Below are positions 1 through 8,830 of a DNA stretch of 64,000 bases, piece after piece. Position numbers and translations under genes: made by a program. Below the pieces are notes generated by a model that was not told the origin of the DNA, did not search any database, and saw nothing but the letters and a program-made list of their open reading frames with translations. Each line of letters starts with the position of its first letter. Positions within the stretch are counted from its first letter, which is position 1. Source of the stretch: an uncultured virus (IMG/VR IMGVR_UViG_3300025108_000034) (taxonomy: Duplodnaviria > Heunggongvirae > Uroviricota > Caudoviricetes); IMG/VR virus record IMGVR_UViG_3300025108_000034. One strand, written 5' to 3'.

Positions 1-96
1 ACGACGCAAAGGCCTTTTTGAATTCTGTAATTTGAAAACTTTTTTTCTAAAACTTTTTTTTGTAAAACTTTTTTCTTTGCCATCAGCGGTGAATCA

Positions 97-230
97 TCTT
101 CAATTTGAAGACCTTACAGTAAAAAAATCATCTTCAATTTGAAGACCAAACATCTTCATGGTGAAGAACATCGATCTTCAATTTGAAGAACTATACTTAT
201 ATATAAAGATTCTAATACAACTACAAATAT
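97..230. repeat. Iteron-like cluster (4x TCTTCA-N3-TGAAGA) plus AT-rich tract; putative origin copy 1
   Basis: Palindromes start at 97, 131, 153, 175 (last three 22 bp apart), followed by TATATATAAAGATTCTAATACAA. A near-identical arrangement occurs at 39299-39420. Confidence 0.7.
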
Positions 231-590
231 ATGGGTAGTAGAATTTGAGGCTAAATCCGTAAGAATTGACCACTGAAAGCTTTGGATTGCTCTGATGGCC
301 ATAAAGCTTATATCGCACGTCAGAGGCGTCTGTAAGGCTCTGTGTCATGCTCGATGGCCTTGTGTGGTGGAATGTATCATACATATAAGTATAGACGTGT
401 TGTGGGCGATTTTTAAGGGGTGTGTTTTTGTAGTGTTGTGGGCGGGGGGACGGGCTTCGCCCTTCCGATTTGTCAATTCCTTGTAACAATTCTTCACGCC
501 ACAAGTCTTAACATTACGAATTGTTGCGGCCCCAGGCCTGGTGGCTGGCTTCACAAAAAGTTGCAAAAAGTGTAAAAAATTCACATATGA

Positions 591-830
591 TAGTGAACGG
601 AGTTCACTTGTACTAGGTATAAATACCTAGAACAAATGTACTACTCTCAGAAGTGAGAATGATTCTCATTTCGATAGTACACCTGTACTACTTTAGGTAT
701 AAATACCTAGGCAAATATACCTAGGTAAAAATACCTATGCCAATTCTGAACTGTCATAGGTATAAATACCTAGAACAAATGTACTAGGCAAAAATACCTA
801 GGTATAAATACCTAGAACAAATGTACTAGT
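591..830. repeat. Array of interleaved palindromes (TAGGTATAAATACCTA type, LexA-box type, Fur-box type)
   Basis: TAGG(T/C)AwAwATACCTA near 614, 694, 708, 722, 757, 785, 799. TAGwACAnnTGTACTA-like at 600, 628, 675, 771, 813. TGAGAATGATTCTCA at 654-668. Confidence 0.85.
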
Positions 831-889
831 CAAATAGCAAAAAAAATAGCCCAGTTGATTAACAACTAGGCATTTCTACTAAATGTAAC

Positions 890-1189
890 TTAGGAGGTGA
901 TCAAGTAAGCCTCAATTAGTGCGGTTTTAGTTAGCCTCTTTTTAATGCCCGTAATTTCGCGGAGATTCTTAACAGTTAAGGTTTCAAGTTGATTGTGAAG
1001 ATCTAGTAGAGGACTAATGTAAGGTTTAGGTAATTCTACTAAATGTAATTTAGTGGCTGAACTTGAGAGTGAGTCAATTATTTCAAAATAGATGACATAA
1101 AGTAACACGAAAGGGAACGCTACTGATTTTAGAATAGTGGCGAGGTTGAAGGTGTGAATTAGTGAGCAGATTTGGAAGAAAAGTTTCAT
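890..1189 (-). CDS. Hypothetical early protein with C-terminal Rho-N/HeH-like helix pair
   Basis: 99-aa ORF ending LETLTVKNLREITGIKKRLTKTALIEAY; preceded on the minus strand by TGTTATATT. Confidence 0.55.
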   Translation of the reverse strand: MKLFFQICSLIHTFNLATILKSVAFPFVLLYVIYFEIIDSLSSSATKLHLVELPKPYISPLLDLHNQLETLTVKNLREITGIKKRLTKTALIEAYLITS

Positions 1190-1285
1190 TTTGGGTTGTG
1201 GGGTTAAATAACATTTAGCGAGTGTTTTTCTCGCTGAACCTAATATAACAAAAATCCGGCAGTTAAACCGGATTATTGATATATC

Positions 1286-1513
1286 TTAATGTTTCATTCT
1301 GTTACGATTGTGGCGGTTTGGCTTGGTTCGTATCCCGTCAGGACCTCGGTAAGCTTTCTTACTAGGTGGCGGTGGTGATACGAATTTTGATCGTGTTTGT
1401 CTAAGTGATGGATGCTGATAAGGTTCAATTGTTGATCCGAATCCTGATCGCTTGATTGCCAGGATCAGAAGAATAATCGCCAGCAAGAATAATTCAGCCA
1501 TCGTATCAAACAA
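1286..1513 (-). CDS. Hypothetical protein with N-terminal hydrophobic segment
   Basis: 75-aa ORF in the leftward early cassette, followed by a hairpin and T-run. Confidence 0.45.
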   Translation of the reverse strand: MFDTMAELFLLAIILLILAIKRSGFGSTIEPYQHPSLRQTRSKFVSPPPPSKKAYRGPDGIRTKPNRHNRNRMKH

Positions 1514-2102
1514 CGTTATGGATACGACGCCATGTCACCCACGTTATCGCTTGAAGCTCAGATCCTCGGATATTGAGATCTGTTGCGACTGACGCGTAGT
1601 CATTCTTGATCTCTCTTCTCAACTTGATGCCTATTGACGGAATCTTGGCCAGCGTGATTCGCCCACCATCCCATAGCGAGAAAGCATGCCCATCTATGCA
1701 GATCTCAGGTATGCCCATAATGCAGCTATAGAATTCTTTAAGTTTTGGCCCGCTCAGGATCTCCAGGACCCGCTCAGACTTAATTGGATTCTCTGTTAAA
1801 ATTCTTAACGCTTTCTTTTTATTAGCTCCAAATGTGCAGGCCTTGTAGGCAGCTGCCGATTCAGGATCTGCCTTGAAAAGGCTTAACATTGCTTCACAAT
1901 CCGTGCAGTTCCGCGCCCATTTATTCCTAGGGCTCAAAGCAGCCAGGACGCCAGCTGAACATTCCAGAGAGACGTAATACCGAGCAGCCAAGCCACGAGC
2001 GATTCGGAGGGCTTGCGGATACCATAGGCGGCCATCTTCTCTCTCTTTGATTGTCGCGAGATCGTAGATCGATTTGATGTTGAGTCGATTCTGATAAGAC
2101 AT
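1506..2102 (-). CDS. Conserved phage early protein, possibly DNA-glycosylase-like fold
   Basis: Motifs WY..A, AALSPRNKW..N, GPKL..FY, CIDGHA, LQAITWVTWRR resemble a recurrent phage protein family; function is inferred. Confidence 0.6.
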   Translation of the reverse strand: MSYQNRLNIKSIYDLATIKEREDGRLWYPQALRIARGLAARYYVSLECSAGVLAALSPRNKWARNCTDCEAMLSLFKADPESAAAYKACTFGANKKKALRILTENPIKSERVLEILSGPKLKEFYSCIMGIPEICIDGHAFSLWDGGRITLAKIPSIGIKLRREIKNDYASVATDLNIRGSELQAITWVTWRRIHNVV

Positions 2103-2175
2103 GGATAGAATCCTTTGAGTGTTCGGTTTGAATCTAGTTGATGATCGGGGCCAGAATCCGGCCCGTTAACATTTC

Positions 2176-2340
2176 TCAATCGTTGGCCATATCGTCACCG
2201 ATGCATTTGATCGCGAGATTGTAGACCTGCTCATTGTCCATTTCAGTAATGCCCTCGAGGCCTGCTAGGTCTAACTGCTCCCTGATCTCGTCAAAGGTCA
2301 GTTGCGCGAGGATGGCGGCGGCTTTCGAAAATGAGTGCAT
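2176..2340 (-). CDS. Small hypothetical protein (54 aa, MHSFSKAAAIL...)
   Basis: Translated by hand; preceded by a hairpin and TATATT on the minus strand. Confidence 0.5.
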   Translation of the reverse strand: MHSFSKAAAILAQLTFDEIREQLDLAGLEGITEMDNEQVYNLAIKCIGDDMAND

Positions 2341-2411
2341 GGCTGGTTCCTGTTGATGTCTTGGTCAATATAGAAAGAAACGGGATCGATTAGCGACCCC
2401 GTCAACAAGGC

Positions 2412-2609
2412 TTAATACTCGGTTTGATGTGAGCGGTGATGCATTGCGCGATGGATCTGGTCGATCTGCGCGGCCTTATTGTTGTAACCGGTAGCAGGGA
2501 GGCCTTGACCCTTCAGGACGCGAACCGCAAGAGCACAGCGCTCGACGGCATTTGATCCGCAGAGCAGCACGGTGGCGAAATCTGAAGCAGACTGACGATA
2601 GGTGAACAT
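2412..2609 (-). CDS. Small hypothetical early protein
   Basis: 65-aa ORF with AAGGA-like RBS upstream on the minus strand. Confidence 0.5.
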   Translation of the reverse strand: MFTYRQSASDFATVLLCGSNAVERCALAVRVLKGQGLPATGYNNKAAQIDQIHRAMHHRSHQTEY

Positions 2610-2829
2610 TGGATTGATTCCTTTTGGACTCCCTAATCCTACAAAGGAGGGCTGGCCTCTTGCGACTCAGCATGGTCGATTGTTATATAACTTAACATTG
2701 AGTAGGATTGCCTAGGTATAAATACCTACCCACCCCCACCCCGATTTCTGCGAAAGCCCCGGCAGGCACACCCCTCAGAAAATCTGTAGAAAATTCCAAA
2801 ACAGGTATACTAGCTGGACATAGGGTTTA

Positions 2830-3741
2830 GTGGTTTCAATGACCTGGAGTTTAACGTATACGCAAGCTGCAGATGCGACTTACGGGTCGTCTGTGGATGC
2901 ATTCACGACGTATTTTTTCGATACATATTTAAGTGGGAAGACAGGGTTTACGGTTGGAGCTGGTAGTGATTCATATGAGAGGGTATTAAAGTTAACGTTT
3001 AATGACATCAAGGGCAGTACATCGAGTAGTTATTTATGGTATAACTGGTCATCTTCAAGTAGCGCGACTTGTATTCAGTATGAGAACGAGAGATATTCAA
3101 CAACACCTGGGGACAGTGGAGATTTAAGTACAGGTAACGCTATGGGGCAAAGTACTGCTCCAACTCTAGGTAGTTGGAGGATATGGGAGAGTGATGAGAA
3201 GGCTGATGCATTTCTTGTTACGAAAGGAAAGGTTGGCCAATGGTTTTGGCCTGGTGTAGGTAGTGGGAAGTGGAATTTATATCGTGGGCTATCATGGGCA
3301 GCTGGGGCAGACAATCCGAATACGTGTGTAGGATTTGCAACTCAGTCTTCTGACGGGATACCTTTTTGTAATGCTCCGCTTGCTACTGCCGGCAGTTCTG
3401 CCGAGTATAGTTTATTTCCTAATATTAGTAACGTTGGAGACGCTACTTACGGAGGATTAGAGGGTTCGTTTCTTTTCGAGGGAGCAGGATTTAACTATAG
3501 TAGGACTGGCTATGGTAGTTCTGGTATAGCTTATCCTACGCCTTGTATTCCCGGTGGAGCGAGTGATCAAGGAGTGATAATGCCATCCAACGGCACTGTT
3601 GATTCCGCAAACTGTGACATAGGAAATGGTCAATTAATTCAGAATAGTACTGATAATAAGTATTATTATTACATGTCAGGGAGCTTAGTCAAACCTACTT
3701 TTGTGCTTGACTTTGGCACTACCGAACCTATTTTTACTTGA
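2830..3741 (+). CDS. Putative virion structural / receptor-binding protein
   Basis: 303 aa, rich in S/T/G/Y and beta-strand-like segments; late motif at 2804. Confidence 0.55.
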   Translation: MVSMTWSLTYTQAADATYGSSVDAFTTYFFDTYLSGKTGFTVGAGSDSYERVLKLTFNDIKGSTSSSYLWYNWSSSSSATCIQYENERYSTTPGDSGDLSTGNAMGQSTAPTLGSWRIWESDEKADAFLVTKGKVGQWFWPGVGSGKWNLYRGLSWAAGADNPNTCVGFATQSSDGIPFCNAPLATAGSSAEYSLFPNISNVGDATYGGLEGSFLFEGAGFNYSRTGYGSSGIAYPTPCIPGGASDQGVIMPSNGTVDSANCDIGNGQLIQNSTDNKYYYYMSGSLVKPTFVLDFGTTEPIFT

Positions 3742-3742
3742 T

Positions 3743-3943
3743 ATGGCAGCCGACAACACTTTGACTTTCACGAATATTTCACTTGCAGGCGTGAATATGG
3801 ATTCAAGTGCCTTCACTGTAACGTCAGTAGCCGCAATTAAGATTGGCTCTTCGGTTCTCAGTCAGAGTGAATGGGCTGGAGGAGGGGGAGGAGGATCTAG
3901 CAGGCCAAGTACTGGATTTTTGTATCCAAGGGGGCAGGGATAA
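3743..3943 (+). CDS. Small structural protein with Gly linker and C-terminal RPSTGFLYPRG
   Basis: ATG directly after the previous stop. Confidence 0.5.
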   Translation: MAADNTLTFTNISLAGVNMDSSAFTVTSVAAIKIGSSVLSQSEWAGGGGGGSSRPSTGFLYPRGQG

Positions 3944-3949
3944 ATAAAA

Positions 3950-4165
3950 TCAAGCTAAATCCCTTAACCAATCTCGTTCTTGTGGTTCAAGGAGGTAAAT
4001 AAGTCGATTCATAGTATTTTTTGCTTGATCCTCTTCCATAAAATGATAGATTTTAGTTAGTATTTGCAATACTGCGTCTTTTTGTCGGCATCTAACAGCT
4101 AACAGTAATCCTAATGAAAGATTTAGCACGGTTTTAGAATTTAGCGCAGGTCCCGTTTGCTTCAT
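3950..4165 (-). CDS. Hypothetical protein
   Basis: 71-aa ORF filling an intergenic gap; start uncertain. Confidence 0.45.
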   Translation of the reverse strand: MKQTGPALNSKTVLNLSLGLLLAVRCRQKDAVLQILTKIYHFMEEDQAKNTMNRLIYLLEPQERDWLRDLA

Positions 4166-4206
4166 TATACCGCTGGAACCCTAGCTTTGACCGCATAGTG
4201 TGCCAA

Positions 4207-4611
4207 ATGGCTGTTCTTGATACGACCGGACTTTGGAGTTCTGGTGATGATTATAAAGTTATCAAGGCTTTAGGTCTTCCTTTTGGCAGTTATGTTCAGG
4301 ATTGCACTATTACGTGTATGAATGACCTGCAAACGATGTCTACGCAGGCACAACAGGATGTTATAGACCTTTTAGTTGATTATGACGCAGCCGATGCGGC
4401 TCAAAGTACTCAAAATCTTAGTAATACCGAAGGTAAAACCCTTATTGAAGCCGATGTCCTTAAGTGGGAGGTTACTAGTAGTGGATTGACCGGTCCAGAG
4501 TCAGAGAAGAATCGTGTTCAATATGAATTATCTCAAATCTTTGCATTCTGCACTTGTTTGAGTGCCTATCTGGGTGGCGTAGGATCGACTACAGCCTTGA
4601 TTCGCTCTTAA
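4207..4611 (+). CDS. Putative head-tail adaptor/completion protein
   Basis: First gene of the neck/tail cluster, about 134 aa, 'EADVLKW' motif; late motif at 4175. Confidence 0.5.
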   Translation: MAVLDTTGLWSSGDDYKVIKALGLPFGSYVQDCTITCMNDLQTMSTQAQQDVIDLLVDYDAADAAQSTQNLSNTEGKTLIEADVLKWEVTSSGLTGPESEKNRVQYELSQIFAFCTCLSAYLGGVGSTTALIRS

Positions 4612-4651
4612 ATGGCTCTCTGGTAACCTGTAATCAACTTAGATCTTCCCT

Positions 4652-4831
4652 ATGGACATTCACCCTGAGATGAACGAAGGTCCCATAGGAGAGCTTATGC
4701 GATCAGTTGGAAAAACTGACACTGTTGACGCTTGGTGTACGGGTTGCAATAGTTTTACTAAGATGAATGCAGCTTATGCTGTGTATCTTCAAGGCGAAAT
4801 CAGTTCGTGTTCAAAATGTAGAAAACAATAA
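4652..4831 (+). CDS. Small zinc-ribbon protein (CTGC...CSKC, 59 aa)
   Basis: Translated by hand; late-type motif at 4622, 30 nt before the ATG. Confidence 0.55.
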   Translation: MDIHPEMNEGPIGELMRSVGKTDTVDAWCTGCNSFTKMNAAYAVYLQGEISSCSKCRKQ

Positions 4832-4877
4832 TTAACGGAGTTATACTGGAAGACTAGGTGGACTAAGTCAGAGACGC

Positions 4878-5387
4878 ATGGCATCCCCGCTATTGGTTTA
4901 TGAGAACGGGCGGCTGCTGGTCCCAGATGAGGGCACAGTCACGCAAGTCGGTGGCCGGTGGGTAACTTCCCAAGCGAACGCCTACTTAGTCAAACTATTT
5001 ATCAAAAGGTCTCAGGGGACTGGCGTCTCGTCAGGAGGTAAAAAGTTACCACTGGAGTCTCAGTTAAATGGTGAGATGTTACCGGGAGCAAGTGGAGATT
5101 CTTTCTTTTATCGTGGGTATGCCCTTGAATATGCTCCGGTGGCTGCAGACTGGGATCTGACAACATCAGACGAGACTGGGTTAGCATGGGCTCAAGTGAC
5201 GACACAGTTTCCATGGCTTTCTGCAGGCCGTAGCTGCCAGTTTCGCTTTGGACAGGACCAAATTATGCCCAGCACGAAGATTCAACGCTCTAGCGGCGTT
5301 TTTGGAGGAGAAGGCGTCGATCAAATAATCTATCAAGAGATTGGCGGCGTTCAGATACAGTTAACAGGTGGAGAGGTACAAAACTAA
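4878..5387 (+). CDS. Putative head-closure/neck protein
   Basis: Position in the neck cluster; late motif at 4848. Confidence 0.45.
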   Translation: MASPLLVYENGRLLVPDEGTVTQVGGRWVTSQANAYLVKLFIKRSQGTGVSSGGKKLPLESQLNGEMLPGASGDSFFYRGYALEYAPVAADWDLTTSDETGLAWAQVTTQFPWLSAGRSCQFRFGQDQIMPSTKIQRSSGVFGGEGVDQIIYQEIGGVQIQLTGGEVQN

Positions 5388-5899
5388 TGGATGGATTTAA
5401 AGCTTCTCTTCAACTTTTGCCTCCTAAGGTAAAAGTCAGTTGGAAAAACCCTGTGCTGAGAGCTAAGGCTGACATGGCATTACTAAAAGGCATGCGCCAG
5501 GGAGCTAGGGCCGTAACCACTAAGCTAGAAATAGCTTTAGACCAAGCGATGGATTCAAGGATTTGGAACTGGACTGGAATGACCTTAAGAGATAATGGTT
5601 CGCAAGTATTTACTCCGCGTAATATTGTAGACATGGGAGACTTGAAAGCTTCTAGAGATGTCAGGTATGCTCATTACCCTAACATGACAGCTTGGACTAT
5701 TAAGTACAATTCTCCCTATGCTAATATGACTCATTACGGAGGATATATACAGCCTTATGGTAATAAAAGTGCAAGAGCTGTTTATCTTCCTCCTAGACCA
5801 TGGATTGAGTCAGTACTAAAAGGCGGAAACGGTATAACAAAAGTAGATCTCCGTACTCCGTATGGAGAAGCCATTAGAGATGCTTGGGCCAGTATGTAG
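5387..5899 (+). CDS. Neck / tail-completion protein (HK97 gp10-like)
   Basis: 'RNIVDMGDLKAS ... SPYA..HYGG ... PPRPW' matches the pattern of this family. Confidence 0.65.
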   Translation: MDGFKASLQLLPPKVKVSWKNPVLRAKADMALLKGMRQGARAVTTKLEIALDQAMDSRIWNWTGMTLRDNGSQVFTPRNIVDMGDLKASRDVRYAHYPNMTAWTIKYNSPYANMTHYGGYIQPYGNKSARAVYLPPRPWIESVLKGGNGITKVDLRTPYGEAIRDAWASM

Positions 5900-5934
5900 G
5901 TGAGTAGGTACAATACATCAGACTTAAAAGAAAG

Positions 5935-6456
5935 ATGGCCAAAAAGAAAGTTACGCTGCCTTTTCTTGTTGCTCCTCGGCGTGCTCCTGTTTTGGAGACC
6001 TTAGGTGATGAAGACTCAGGCCAGATTGAAATTGAACGAAAAGGTTACTTAACTGTAGCAGAAAAAAGTTTCATGCAACAGGCTGGCGCTTCTGACGAGA
6101 CAGTAGGTCGTTTGCAGCGATTATCTGGCAAAATTTCAAGAGAAAACGGAGTCCAAGCTCAAGAGGTTATTCAAAAACTCGGCGAGGGAGACCTCGGTGC
6201 AGATTGTTTTATTGGTTATGAGGAAGAAGTAGACGAACTTATCAGTGTCTTAAGCGTATATGAGCAACGCCGCAAGGCGATTGCTGCTAGCTGCTTGATC
6301 TTGTTTCGTCTCTCTCAAGACTGGACTATCGATCAAACAATGAATTTACATCCTGATCTAGTCGAAGAATTGTATGACCTTTTTTTAGACGAAGACAATA
6401 GATCGACGGAAGCTTTTGAGAAAAACGAAGAGGAGCTCGTTACTGAGGGAAAATAG
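5935..6456 (+). CDS. Tail assembly chaperone (gpG-like)
   Basis: Ends GAG GGA AAA TAG, containing the slippery heptamer GGGAAAA at 6447-6453. Confidence 0.7.
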   Translation: MAKKKVTLPFLVAPRRAPVLETLGDEDSGQIEIERKGYLTVAEKSFMQQAGASDETVGRLQRLSGKISRENGVQAQEVIQKLGEGDLGADCFIGYEEEVDELISVLSVYEQRRKAIAASCLILFRLSQDWTIDQTMNLHPDLVEELYDLFLDEDNRSTEAFEKNEEELVTEGK

Positions 6457-7073
6457 CAGCGGGAGAGCAAAATATTCCATTTGAAACGTTCTACTGGCGT
6501 CTCAAATGGCTCTTTCCTGGTGATCCAGACTTTACAGTAGGTAAATATGGAGAGCTCTCATATGGCTATGTCCTGAATGCTATCAAAAGAGGCATGGAAA
6601 TGCATCAGACTGGTCTGTATGAGAGCGAACTCCCCGTCGCTCAGCAGACCGTCTTACTGGCCAATCAGCAAAGGGATCCGAAGAAGAAAGCGGAAGCGTA
6701 CAAGATAGAAGACTTTTCTTTCTTCAAACCAAAAGATTCAAGCAAATTACCTTCTTCTAAGTACGGTTCAGCTGCACTTGCTATGGTCAAAGATGGGAGT
6801 TTCCCCCCGTGGGCTTTGTTCTGCTTTAAAGAGCTTTCTTCAATAGCTGATCCTGGGTACGTTCCTGGGATCTCTGGATTCGTATCAGAAGATGCTATCT
6901 TGCTGCATCCAGTCAAAGCCGAGGCAGGATATAAAGGCCTTCTGATTGCAAAAGAAAGCGCGAGCAATCAAGTAAGGCGATTTAACGATGGGAGAGGAAG
7001 CAGCTTAATGCTGAGTGTGCCCTTTATTCACACTAAAATTATAGCAGAAGAAGATATTACTCTTTACCCGTAG
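6447..7073 (+). CDS. -1 frameshift extension of the tail assembly chaperone (gpGT-like)
   Basis: The -1 frame is open from 6447 and in frame with the 6594..7073 ORF. Confidence 0.65.
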   Translation, partial: GKIAAGEQNIPFETFYWRLKWLFPGDPDFTVGKYGELSYGYVLNAIKRGMEMHQTGLYESELPVAQQTVLLANQQRDPKKKAEAYKIEDFSFFKPKDSSKLPSSKYGSAALAMVKDGSFPPWALFCFKELSSIADPGYVPGISGFVSEDAILLHPVKAEAGYKGLLIAKESASNQVRRFNDGRGSSLMLSVPFIHTKIIAEEDITLYP

Positions 7074-7521
7074 GCCATGACCCCATTATCTTATTAGCAT
7101 AATCATCGACAATACGAGAGTCTTCTTCATCGTATGGACCAAAGTCAGACAGCCCGCGAGAAAGCCATTGCTTGATTCTCCATTCTCCTGCAATAGAATA
7201 GAAGGGTTGCATTTTGTACCATGCTATCCACTCCTGACTCGATTTATTCTGGTTGCATTCCATACAAGCGGGGATACAATTACTGGTGCGGTCTTCACCG
7301 CCTGCCGACTTAGGCCTTACATGATCTACGGTTAGGCTTTCGTCGTCGATAGGAGTTCGACCACAGTAGGCACACCGATTGTTCCAGCATTCTTTGATAG
7401 CATTGCGCCATTGATGACGCGCCTCTCTTCGGGTTAAAGCAGACATGTTGAATAAGTAATCTGACATTCGCTCATAAACGGGAGCGTGATCCTGCGGATG
7501 AAACATCAGATTATTATCCAA
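7057..7521 (-). CDS. HNH endonuclease
   Basis: CAYCG...LTVDHVRPKSAGG...NCIPACMECNQNK. Confidence 0.9.
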   Translation of the reverse strand: MDNNLMFHPQDHAPVYERMSDYLFNMSALTRREARHQWRNAIKECWNNRCAYCGRTPIDDESLTVDHVRPKSAGGEDRTSNCIPACMECNQNKSSQEWIAWYKMQPFYSIAGEWRIKQWLSRGLSDFGPYDEEDSRIVDDYANKIMGSWPTGKE

Positions 7522-7634
7522 ACATAGCCACTGAGAACGAGTTCTTTAATCTTTGGCTGCACGGGGCCTCCAGTGGTATGTCTTGCCTTTATTCTACCGG
7601 TAGCGGCATACTAGGAACGACGATTACAAGCTCT

Positions 7635-8072
7635 ATGACTCAGCAATTTCCCGTTACGGCTCAGGTTGTTTATGATGCGCTGGCTGCTGATTCAGTTTTC
7701 ACAAGTCTTCTTGGCACCTATAACTTTGAATCAGGCAGTGGTACAACTACGGCATTATCTGTCGTAAGCGCTGGAGAAGACTTGCCAGAGATTAGAAATG
7801 TACAAGGAATAGAATGCGTTATTCAAGATGCCGGAACAGCAGTTCTGCAGTCTTACCTCACAGATGTCTCAGATATAGTTATTACTTGGAACGTTTTTTT
7901 GATTGCTTGGGAACCTTCGAAGGGCAGAGATTTGCAAGAGGCTTCAAATAGAATAATGAGTCGCTTTGTTGGATCTGAAGCTGTTCAAACAGTCGCCACT
8001 CCTGATGGATTGGGTTCTCTTGTGCAAACAAAAATCTTCATCAAGTCAAATATGCCTATCAATCCACTCTGA
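7635..8072 (+). CDS. Putative tail terminator protein
   Basis: Immediately before the major tail gene; late motif at 7605 places the start at ATG 7635. Confidence 0.55.
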   Translation: MTQQFPVTAQVVYDALAADSVFTSLLGTYNFESGSGTTTALSVVSAGEDLPEIRNVQGIECVIQDAGTAVLQSYLTDVSDIVITWNVFLIAWEPSKGRDLQEASNRIMSRFVGSEAVQTVATPDGLGSLVQTKIFIKSNMPINPL

Positions 8073-8154
8073 AAAATGTTTTGATTGGAAATATAAGATA
8101 ACGGGCCGAGAAGGTCCGAGCTACCTTCACTCGGGCTAAGCCCGTTCCCTATAT

Positions 8155-8748
8155 ATGGCAAATTTTTCTGCTGCCTTCGGGTACGATTTCTTCATTGTTC
8201 CTTTGGCCTCAGCTTCTATTGATGTAACTTTCGCTGGAATCACATCTGCTGATTCACCTACAAACGGTTTTATCGACACTACCACTTTGGCCTCTGGGGC
8301 CGTCACCTATTCCGCCGGTGTTTTTACAGTAGGAGGCACTACTTTTGCTATGGACGGAACAGACGATCCCGTCCGTCTGGCTGGTTTGACTGCCGCATCT
8401 TTGGAAACCGACACGGGCTCTGAAGACATCTATACTTATGATAACAGCACTAAAGGTTTCAATCAGGCTGTTGCTACCACCAAGAGCTTCTCTATCTCCC
8501 TTTCTGGTGTTGCTGATTTCAAAGATGTAGGATATCAAATCCTTCGCTTGACCGAAGCTAATACCGTGGCTGACAGTCTTCGAGTTAAGCTCGTGCGCAA
8601 GGGCCCTACGGGAACCGTTGAAACCGTTTACGGTTACGGCACCCTTTCGGGCTACACAGAAAGCAACGAGGTTTCGTCAATCGTTTCCTGGGAATGCTCT
8701 ATCACAGGATATGCAGCTTACCAGCTTGAGCTTGACCCGATCTCTTGA
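8155..8748 (+). CDS. Major tail (tube) protein
   Basis: 197 aa with 'TTKSFSISLSG ... YGYGTLSGYTES ... VSWECSITGY' tube-protein pattern; followed by a terminator and the tape measure gene. Confidence 0.8.
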   Translation: MANFSAAFGYDFFIVPLASASIDVTFAGITSADSPTNGFIDTTTLASGAVTYSAGVFTVGGTTFAMDGTDDPVRLAGLTAASLETDTGSEDIYTYDNSTKGFNQAVATTKSFSISLSGVADFKDVGYQILRLTEANTVADSLRVKLVRKGPTGTVETVYGYGTLSGYTESNEVSSIVSWECSITGYAAYQLELDPIS

Positions 8749-8776
8749 TCGGCTTAAAGCTTCTTTTTATCATACA

Positions 8777-8800
8777 AGACCCCATTTGGGGTCTTTTTAT
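8777..8800 (+). terminator. Rho-independent terminator
   Basis: AGACCCCA-TT-TGGGGTCT followed by TTTT. Confidence 0.8.
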
Positions 8801-8830
8801 TGGGAAGACTAGGCCAGCTCTGGGTTCGAC

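Noticed and set aside
178..584. ORFs 178-504, 295-486 and 345-584
   Set aside because: They are mutually overlapping, low-complexity translations across a repeat/regulatory region with no recognisable motifs.
614..815. T4-type late promoters (TATAAATA inside the palindromes)
   Set aside because: They occur only as palindrome centres with no downstream late gene; structural genes use a different motif and no gp55-like gene is seen.
591..830. CRISPR array
   Set aside because: Repeats overlap or abut with no unique, regularly sized spacers, and no cas genes are present.
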